NCBI GenBank assembly: GCA_947479995.1
Contig: CANKBT010000002.1
Location: forward strand, 1 to 39,206
From: Frankiaceae bacterium
GTDB taxonomy: Bacteria; Actinomycetota; Actinomycetes; Mycobacteriales; SCTD01
Reading direction: 5' to 3'
DNA length: 39,206 nt
This document shows positions 33,916 through 39,206 of this stretch, in pieces. The notes beneath the pieces are model-generated. The model was not told the DNA's origin and made no database searches. It saw only the letters and a program-made list of their open reading frames with translations. How positions within the stretch are numbered: the first letter of the stretch is position 1; every line of letters starts with the position of its first letter. Both the position numbers and the translations under genes were made by a program.

Positions 33916-35372
33916 CCCCAGGCGACGAAGCCGCCCGGCGCGTCGTCGTCGCGGTACGCGTGCTGCACGACCTCGCCGCCACCGGCTGGCGGGGCGGTCG
34001 GACGCAACTCGGTCAGCGCCCACACGAGCGCGTCGAGGGCGTTCGGTGACGGCTCGCCCGCGGCGCCGGTGAAGCTCGTGAGCTGGTCCTCGAGCTGCTC
34101 GTGGTCACCGACATGCACGACGCCCGGGCGGGTGTAGAGCGCAGCGGCCGGCTCGGCGCGGGTGCGCTTGCCCTGTGTCGCGTCGACGACCTTGACGGGC
34201 AGCGTCGGGTCCAGGGTGCGAAACAGGTCGACGAGCCAGCGGCCGCCGTGGTTCTTCTCGACGACGACCCGGTCGGCGCCGTGCAGGTCGAACAGCCGGC
34301 GTGCCTCGCGGACCTGGGCGGCCGGGCCGAGCGCCCGGTCACCGAGCAGGTCGGCGGAGTGCAGGACGCGCGCGCGGTGGTCGAGGTGCATGGCGACGAC
34401 CGCGAAGCCGACGCCGTCGCCGTCCTTCTCGCCGTCGGACGGGTCGAGGGCAACGACCGTGCGGCCGAGGAGCTCAACGCGCAGGTCCTCGGGGCGCTCG
34501 CTCACGATGAGCCCGAGCTGCTCGCGCTCGGCCTTATCGGGGTCGCGGGTCCACAGCGCGCCGTCGGCCTCGTCGAGGACCTCGCCGTCGAGCTCCTGCC
34601 GGCCGAGCCGGGTGCCCTCGAGCAGGCGCATGCGGGTGAGCGCGGCGCCGGCGAGGTTCGCCATGTTGTCGCGGGTGTGCAGCAGGCTCGTGCGCGTCGG
34701 GCCGTGGGGATCGGCGAGCGCCGCGGTGAGCAGGCGCTTGACGAGCGCCAGGCCGGGGCGGCCGGCCTTCGGCGTGCCCGAGGCGATGATCTTCGCGGGG
34801 GCCTTGCGGACGGCGAAGCCGATCGACTCGTCCCAGGCGGTGGCCCACTGCTTCCATAGGCCGATCTCGTCGGCCCACACGCCGCGCAGGTTCTTGCCTT
34901 GCAGGCGCAGCGCCCCGTCGTCGGCGCCGTCGCCGTAGACGACTCCGCCGTCGCGCAGGAACAGCTCGCAGGTCGAGCGGTTCCAGCGCAGGATGTGCGG
35001 GCCGCGCTCGAGGAGCTCACCGCCGGGCCCGACCCGGCCGCCGAGGGCGCGGATGAGCCCGCTGTCCTGGGACTCGAAGCAGGTGGTGCGGACGTCGCCG
35101 AGGGTCGGGGCCACGACGCCCCACTCGCCGCCTGGGTGGGCGACGATGAGCTCGGCGAAAGCGTTAGCGCACGTCCAGGTCTTGCCGGCTCCGCGACCGC
35201 CTCGGACGTACCAAACGTCGTAGTCGCCGGTGGGGGGCAGCTGGATCGGGCGGGCCTTGAGGCGCCAGCCGAACGGGTCGAAGACGGCGGGCGGCTCGGG
35301 CTGCGGCTCGGGCGGGCTGAAGGCCTCGGCCATGCGCAGCAGGTCGGCGCGGACGTCTGCGGAGAGGGTCAC
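33912..35372 (-). CDS. terminase large subunit
   Basis: 486 aa from GTG 35372 (GAAGGTGG upstream). Walker A VRGGRGAGKTW, Walker B-like LRGVWADEIG, and nuclease-domain acidic blocks VVALDPSDG and VVVEKNHGG. Confidence 0.88.
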   Translation of the reverse strand: MTLSADVRADLLRMAEAFSPPEPQPEPPAVFDPFGWRLKARPIQLPPTGDYDVWYVRGGRGAGKTWTCANAFAELIVAHPGGEWGVVAPTLGDVRTTCFESQDSGLIRALGGRVGPGGELLERGPHILRWNRSTCELFLRDGGVVYGDGADDGALRLQGKNLRGVWADEIGLWKQWATAWDESIGFAVRKAPAKIIASGTPKAGRPGLALVKRLLTAALADPHGPTRTSLLHTRDNMANLAGAALTRMRLLEGTRLGRQELDGEVLDEADGALWTRDPDKAEREQLGLIVSERPEDLRVELLGRTVVALDPSDGEKDGDGVGFAVVAMHLDHRARVLHSADLLGDRALGPAAQVREARRLFDLHGADRVVVEKNHGGRWLVDLFRTLDPTLPVKVVDATQGKRTRAEPAAALYTRPGVVHVGDHEQLEDQLTSFTGAAGEPSPNALDALVWALTELRPTAPPAGGGEVVQHAYRDDDAPGGFVAWG

Positions 35373-35429
35373 GACCCACCTTCGGGCACAGCGGTGCAGG
35401 GCCAAGCGTGGGACAGATGGCCGGACACG

Positions 35430-36404
35430 TCAAGCGACCGAGCGGTGGCGGCGCGTCGCGCGAGCCTCGGCCTCGGGGTACCAGACGACGAGCTCGCCCG
35501 TCTTGACCAGGCAGGCGGCCGTCACGCCGCCGCTGCTGGTGGTGGCGCGCTGCGCCCACTTGCGGACCGTCTCGACGCCGATGCCGACCGCGGCGCTGAC
35601 CTGCTTGGGCGTGCCCCAGCCTGCGGTGCTGAGCACTGCCCGACCGTCTTCGACCTTGGCGCGGCACGCCATGAGGTACTCCGCCCACGTGTAGCCCTGC
35701 TTGCACCGGCGGCAGGACCAGCGGTCGGCGAAGCCGGCGTCGGTGAGGTCGCGCTGCAGCTCGCGGGCGCCGCACTGCGAGCACTCGACGTCGGCGCGCC
35801 ACGTCGGTGTGTCGCGGCCAGTGGCGCGCTCGAGGGCGCCGACGAGGAGCCGCAGGTCGGTGCGGTACTCGGCGAACGCGGGGTGGTTATTCGCTGCCCA
35901 GCGGGTGTGGCGCTCGAGGTAGTGCGCGGCGGCGCGGACGACCTGGCGCCGGCTGCCGCTGTCCATGGCGGCGGGCTCGCGGCGGGTGTTCCGCCAGTCG
36001 TCCTCCCAGGTGCAGAGGGTCCAGTCGGCGGAGGGCGTGTCGTCGGTGGTCTCGGCGTCGACGCTGACGCCCATGCCGCCGGGCGCGAGGAGCACGAGGG
36101 CGTCGCCGCCGAGGAGGGGCTGCTCGTCGGTGCCGCTGACGCGCTGCTGGTCGTACGCGCTGCTGCCGGCGGGCCGGCCGAGGCTGCCGGGGAGCCAGGC
36201 GTACAGGTGCAGGACCGTGGCGAGGTCGGTCTGGGCGGCGCTGATGCAGCGCTCGCAGGTGTTGCCCTCGCGCTTGGTGAGGCTGCGCGCGCAGATGCTG
36301 CAGAGCGGGTGCTCGGCCTCGAGCGCGTGCGCGTGCTGCTGCTCGCGCTCAGTGCCGTCGGCATCGCGGTCGGGCTGCCAGTCGCAGCGGGCGCAGCGCG
36401 TCAC
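35430..36404 (-). CDS. zinc-ribbon-rich protein with a C-terminal helix-turn-helix (packaging accessory or late regulator?)
   Basis: 324 aa from GTG 36404 with a GAGGAG RBS. CxxC pairs CARCDW...CSICA...CERC and CSQC...CRRC. HTH-like GTPKQVSAAVGIGVETVRKWAQR. Confidence 0.55.
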   Translation of the reverse strand: MTRCARCDWQPDRDADGTEREQQHAHALEAEHPLCSICARSLTKREGNTCERCISAAQTDLATVLHLYAWLPGSLGRPAGSSAYDQQRVSGTDEQPLLGGDALVLLAPGGMGVSVDAETTDDTPSADWTLCTWEDDWRNTRREPAAMDSGSRRQVVRAAAHYLERHTRWAANNHPAFAEYRTDLRLLVGALERATGRDTPTWRADVECSQCGARELQRDLTDAGFADRWSCRRCKQGYTWAEYLMACRAKVEDGRAVLSTAGWGTPKQVSAAVGIGVETVRKWAQRATTSSGGVTAACLVKTGELVVWYPEAEARATRRHRSVA

Positions 36405-36417
36405 GGCGTCTCCTCGG
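36400..36417. repeat. 18-nt gene-boundary repeat GTCACGGCGTCTCCTCGG (second copy at 37558-37575)
   Basis: Identical strings span the stop/start overlap and the RBS of two different gene junctions. Confidence 0.8.
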
Positions 36418-36538
36418 GCTCGTGATCGGGCTCGGCGTCGAAGCCGGGGCACGGGTCGGCGGGCGGGCAGGCGCGGCAGTCGCCGGCCGGGACGGTGTGC
36501 GCGACCCGGTAGTGGCCACAGAGGGCGCAGGGCGTCAC
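36401..36538 (-). CDS. 45-aa zinc-ribbon mini-protein
   Basis: VTPCALCGHYRVAHTVPAGDCRACPPADPC... GTGA overlaps at both ends (36535-36538 and 36401-36404). It is the last 46 codons of the otherwise spurious track ORF 36401..37171. Confidence 0.5.
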   Translation of the reverse strand: MTPCALCGHYRVAHTVPAGDCRACPPADPCPGFDAEPDHEPEETP

Positions 36539-37191
36539 GCGATCTCGCCGCCGAGCGCGAGGAGCTCGGCGTGCACGAGCGGCCCGACGGTCTCGGGTGA
36601 CAGCTCGGGCACCGGGTGGCCGACGGCCTTCTCGACCGCGGCCTGCCGGTTGGCTAGGACCCGCTGGATGAGCAGGACCATCGCGTCGACCCGGCGGCCC
36701 TCGAGGCGGAGCCGGGCCTCGTTGATCCCGAGGTGCGCGAGCCGGACGAGCAGGTCGTCGCAGTCCCGCCGCTGCTGCCGGAGCAGCTTGGTCCAGACGC
36801 TGTCGCCGGCGCGCTCGACTGGGAGCGCCCCGACCTGCTGCTCGAGCCAGCGGACGGCGGCGAGCTGCTTGGCGGCGGACAGCTGCAGCTCGGCGTGGAC
36901 GACGGGGACGGGCAGGCGGCTCGGGTCGTCGACGACGCCGAGGGTGCCGAGGAGGTCGCGGGCCTGCTGCCCCTTGGCCTGCTGCCGGGCGTTGGGGGTG
37001 CTGCCGCCGTGGTGCTTGCACAGCCCGTAGCCGAGGTGGTCGGTGCCGGCGCCAGCGCTGAGCCCGCACGGCCGGCCCTTCGCGTCGCCGCGGTAGGTGC
37101 TGGTGCTGTGCCCGGGGCAGTGCCCGGCGGGGTGGCCGGGGCAGTCGGGGTACTTGCCGGGGAGCGTGCATGGCACGAGGCCGCCGGTCAT
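36535..37191 (-). CDS. putative terminase small subunit (C-x2-HGG motif protein)
   Basis: 218 aa from ATG 37191. ...GAGTDHLGYGLCKHHGGSTPNA... matches a motif I recall from actinophage small terminases. The C-terminal part is helical. Lies upstream of terL. Confidence 0.4.
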   Translation of the reverse strand: MTGGLVPCTLPGKYPDCPGHPAGHCPGHSTSTYRGDAKGRPCGLSAGAGTDHLGYGLCKHHGGSTPNARQQAKGQQARDLLGTLGVVDDPSRLPVPVVHAELQLSAAKQLAAVRWLEQQVGALPVERAGDSVWTKLLRQQRRDCDDLLVRLAHLGINEARLRLEGRRVDAMVLLIQRVLANRQAAVEKAVGHPVPELSPETVGPLVHAELLALGGEIA

Positions 37192-37562
37192 CGGTCCTCC
37201 TCGGTCGGCGGGTCGAGCAGGCCCGCGGCGAGGCGGTCGAGCGCCACGACGTTGACCCAGTGGTCGATGCGGATGCCGTGCACGTGCTGGTCGGCCAGCG
37301 CCTTGACCCGGGCGGCCGCCTCGTTCCGTCCGCGCTGCCGTTCCGCGTCGAGGTGGGGCTGCACGACAGCGAGGACGACGTCGGCGAGGTGCGGCTGCCA
37401 GTCGCACCAGTAGCCCTGCCACCCGCAGGAGCAGGCGTGCCAGCCGGGGTCGTCGGGCTTGCTGCCCTTGCGGCGGTAGTCGTAGTAGTGCGCGGCGAGC
37501 GCGTCGAGCACGAGCCACCTGCGCGACACCTCCTCGCGCAGCGCCTCGCGGTCGCCGGTCAC
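37188..37562 (-). CDS. phage hypothetical protein (124 aa)
   Basis: GTG 37562 overlaps the upstream stop (GTGA). Begins VTGDRE... and ends ...LDPPTEEDR. Confidence 0.5.
   Translation of the reverse strand: MTGDREALREEVSRRWLVLDALAAHYYDYRRKGSKPDDPGWHACSCGWQGYWCDWQPHLADVVLAVVQPHLDAERQRGRNEAAARVKALADQHVHGIRIDHWVNVVALDRLAAGLLDPPTEEDR
37197..37216. repeat. 20-nt repeat CTCCTCGGTCGGCGGGTCGA (second copy at 37568-37587)
   Basis: Identical strings at the 3' ends of two adjacent genes, encoding (L/V)DPPTEE. Confidence 0.8.
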
Positions 37563-37587
37563 GGCGTCTCCTCGGTCGGCGGGTCGA
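37545..37587. repeat. composite junction sharing 19 nt with 37861-37879, 18 nt with 36400-36417 and 20 nt with 37197-37216
   Basis: Checked base by base. CTCGCGGTCGCCGGTCACG + GTCACGGCGTCTCCTCGG + CTCCTCGGTCGGCGGGTCGA tile this 43-nt junction. Confidence 0.8.
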
Positions 37588-37714
37588 CGCGCTCGTGGTC
37601 GGCGTTCGCCCACAACTCGGCGTAGACGAGGTCGGGGTCTTCTCCGGTAGCGCAGCGACGCAGGCTGTCGAGGAGGTCTTGGCCATGGATGACGTGCCAG
37701 CCGAGGGCGGTCAC
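37559..37714 (-). CDS. phage hypothetical mini-protein (51 aa)
   Basis: GTGA overlaps at both ends. Ends ...VDPPTEETP, where the GAGGAG codons double as the RBS of the next gene. Confidence 0.45.
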   Translation of the reverse strand: MTALGWHVIHGQDLLDSLRRCATGEDPDLVYAELWANADHERVDPPTEETP

Positions 37715-37878
37715 TCGTCGCCCTCGGCGTCGAGCGCGACGCACCGGGCGCAGTCGCACTCGACGCCCTCGTACCCGGCGTCCTCGTGCGTGCCGCACGG
37801 GTCCAGCACGCCGAGCGTCACCTTGCACGGGCAGGCGTAGCCGCCGGGCCACAGCGCGGGCTCGCGGTCGCCGGTCAC
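37711..37878 (-). CDS. Cys-rich mini-protein (55 aa)
   Basis: VTGDREPALWPGGYACPCKVTLGVLDPCGTHEDAGYEGVECDCARCVALDAEGDE has seven Cys. GTGA overlaps at both ends. Confidence 0.45.
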   Translation of the reverse strand: MTGDREPALWPGGYACPCKVTLGVLDPCGTHEDAGYEGVECDCARCVALDAEGDE

Positions 37879-37879
37879 G
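37861..37879. repeat. 19-nt gene-boundary repeat CTCGCGGTCGCCGGTCACG (second copy at 37545-37563)
   Basis: Both copies encode the start VTGDRE of two different genes together with the GTGA overlap. Confidence 0.8.
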
Positions 37880-38207
37880 TCGCCGCCAGGTCGGCCAGCG
37901 TGGCGAGGGCGTCGTCGTAGTCGCGGCAGGGGCCGCGCTCGGTGTCGTTCGGTCCGTCGTCGCCGCGCAGGCCGAAGTGCGTCGCGCCGCTGTCCTCGAA
38001 GGCGCACCACGAGCAGAGGCGGATGCCGTGCTCGGTGAAGGGCTTGTGCCGGACCGCCTGGTCGTAGGCCCGCCGCGCGATCCGCAGGTCAGCGCCACAG
38101 CGGGCGAGGACCGACTCGCTGCCGGTGCCGCAGGCGGCGTTCTTGGCTTGCCGCTCCGCGACCCGGGCCTCGACAGCGGCGAGCAGGTCGGCGGGGGAGG
38201 CGGTCAC
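37875..38207 (-). CDS. phage hypothetical protein (110 aa)
   Basis: GTG 38207 overlaps the upstream stop. Contains Cys residues (...CGTGS...CGAD...CSWC...). Confidence 0.5.
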   Translation of the reverse strand: MTASPADLLAAVEARVAERQAKNAACGTGSESVLARCGADLRIARRAYDQAVRHKPFTEHGIRLCSWCAFEDSGATHFGLRGDDGPNDTERGPCRDYDDALATLADLAAT

Positions 38208-38677
38208 GACGACGCCTCACGGTCGGCGTGTGCGACGAGGGCGAAGCGGAAGGTACGAGCCTGGCGCAGCCAGTAGTCACGTCGCTCCTCTGGCAGGCCC
38301 AGCCAGAGGCCGCGCACCCCCGTGCCAGTGACGTTGCGCCAAGCCGCCCAGAGCGCCATCGCTGCCGCTTCGATGGCCTGCTCGCTGTCCAGCGCCAGAC
38401 GGAAGCGGGCGAGGGCGGGCGGCGCGCTCCACTGGCAGTTGCACGGAACGTCGCTAGCGGCCGGGCAGCCGCGACCGTGTGGCACCGCGAGCACCTCCCG
38501 CGCGGCGTCCGCGGTCGGGCTGGAGGCAACCCGCCGAGCGACAGCGCCGCACGCCACGGAGCACAGCGACAGCCCGAGGGTGGCGCGCGCCTCACTAAGC
38601 GGTTCGCCGCACTGACGGCAGGCGGTCCTCGCGGCGTCCGCGGTCGGGCTGTCGGCCCGGTCGGGGGAGGTCGTCAC
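38204..38677 (-). CDS. phage hypothetical protein with an internal SPTADAAR duplication (157 aa)
   Basis: GTG 38677 overlaps the upstream stop. A 21-nt direct repeat occurs inside the gene (38501-38521 and 38630-38650). Confidence 0.5.
   Translation of the reverse strand: MTTSPDRADSPTADAARTACRQCGEPLSEARATLGLSLCSVACGAVARRVASSPTADAAREVLAVPHGRGCPAASDVPCNCQWSAPPALARFRLALDSEQAIEAAAMALWAAWRNVTGTGVRGLWLGLPEERRDYWLRQARTFRFALVAHADREASS
38501..38650. repeat. 21-nt direct repeat CGCGGCGTCCGCGGTCGGGCT at 38501-38521 and 38630-38650
   Basis: Exact copies 129 nt apart inside CDS 38204..38677. Confidence 0.8.
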
Positions 38678-38931
38678 AGCGGCATCCCCTCGCTGTGCAG
38701 GCGGCGCAGCCAAGCGCGCACCTGCGCTGGCGTGTGCAGCCACAAGCCGCTGGCCGGGCTCAGGTTGACCTCGACCCCCTGGATCTCGTCGACGGTCTCG
38801 ACGAGGAAGTCGATGACCACGTCAAGCATCACCGCCGCCTCGGCTGACCACTTCCCAGCGGGCCACACGGCCTTCGTCATCTCGTCCACGACCTCGTCGC
38901 GGTCGGTCGTCCTGCTCGGGCTGTCGTTCAT
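38674..38931 (-). CDS. phage hypothetical protein (85 aa)
   Basis: ATG 38931 is preceded by AGGAG. It is the tail of track ORF 38674..39186. Confidence 0.5.
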   Translation of the reverse strand: MNDSPSRTTDRDEVVDEMTKAVWPAGKWSAEAAVMLDVVIDFLVETVDEIQGVEVNLSPASGLWLHTPAQVRAWLRRLHSEGMPL

Positions 38932-39206
38932 CGGTGCTCCTGGGTGTCGGGGTGGGCGGTGGGCGGGGCGGCCGGCAGGACGGCCTGCGTGTCGTACGCC
39001 GCTGGCACGGCCGGTGCGTGTCGTGCCTCGCGCGCGGCCGGAGCCGGGACTGGTCGGCGGGCGAGAGCGGCCCGCGCGGCGCGGTACTCGTCGGTGGCGG
39101 GGCTGCCGGTTGGGATGTGTCGGACGGCGAAGGCCTCGCGGTCGACGAGCTCGTCGGCGCGGCAGGGCGAGCAGGCGTGCGCCCACTGGCCGCGGTGCCG
39201 GCCGCA
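38928..39206 (-). CDS. 3' part of a phage gene whose start lies beyond the window (Cys-containing, Pro/Ala-rich tail)
   Basis: Frame is open from 39206 to TGA 38930-38928 (ATGA overlap with the next start). Reads CGRHRGQWAHACSPCRADELVDREAF... with high GC3. Not listed in the ORF track. Confidence 0.45.
   Translation of the reverse strand, partial: CGRHRGQWAHACSPCRADELVDREAFAVRHIPTGSPATDEYRAARAALARRPVPAPAAREARHAPAVPAAYDTQAVLPAAPPTAHPDTQEHR

Larger units (their letters stand above)
7221..39206. mobile_element. prophage (siphovirus-type late region plus cargo island), truncated by the right window edge; left boundary uncertain (between 7059 and 10689)
   Basis: A contiguous minus-strand module runs from terS-like/terL through portal, capsid, tail and tape measure to fibres and lysis genes. 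The genes to its left are chromosomal housekeeping genes. No integrase or att site is identifiable in the window. Confidence 0.8.

Noticed and set aside
36539-37171. 256-aa track ORF 36401..37171 (minus strand)
   Set aside because: It overlaps the better-supported terS-like gene in another frame and is Arg/Pro-rich. Only its last 46 codons (36401..36538), bounded by GTGA overlaps, look like a real mini-gene.
38928-39206. WhiB-like transcription factor call for the truncated right-edge gene (C...C..C spacing, actinophage context)
   Set aside because: Only three Cys are visible, the spacing and flanks do not match the WhiB C-x(n)-C-x2-C-x5-C / G-[VI]-W-G-G pattern, and the N-terminus is missing.
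1-39206. Search for CRISPR arrays, rRNA/tRNA genes, an integrase, a repressor and transposase/IS ends
   Set aside because: I saw no regularly spaced repeat array, no RNA-gene signatures and no tyrosine/serine recombinase or DDE motifs. The immunity and integration arm of the prophage is presumably beyond 39206.

Overview
Very high-GC (about 70-75% by eye) actinobacterial DNA, in three parts. (1) 1-7.06 kb is ordinary chromosome. It carries a substrate-binding-protein fragment, a GNAT acetyltransferase, panB, nadE, a small STAS-like gene, an ABC substrate-binding lipoprotein, an aldo/keto reductase and a secreted beta-propeller protein, and ends in a GC-rich hairpin. (2) 7.2-10.6 kb is a small accessory island between the chromosome and the phage tail-fibre genes. 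It holds an orphan gene, then a three-gene operon with leaderless promoter geometry: a BrnT-like toxin candidate, a ribbon-helix-helix protein and a Beta-family protein. A PD-(D/E)xK (sce7726-like) nuclease-fold gene converges on that operon, and two tiny genes follow. I consider this island the most interesting part of the window, as a candidate uncharacterised prophage-borne defence or exclusion module. (3) 10.7-39.2 kb is the late region of a siphovirus-type prophage, almost entirely on the minus strand and tightly coupled by ATGA/GTGA overlaps. Reading right to left it contains a cluster of small, partly Cys-rich genes; a terS-like gene; terL; portal; a MuF-like gene; protease/scaffold; a decoration-like gene; the major capsid; connectors; the major tail protein; a G/T chaperone pair; the tape measure; Dit/Tal-like genes; fibres; an alpha/beta hydrolase; holin-like genes; an amidase endolysin; and a second block of fibre-like genes. 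The prophage continues past the right edge. No integrase, repressor, tRNA, rRNA or CRISPR array is visible. Many long ORFs in the supplied track are antisense or off-frame artefacts of the GC content. All family assignments come from motif recognition and memory, not from searches.
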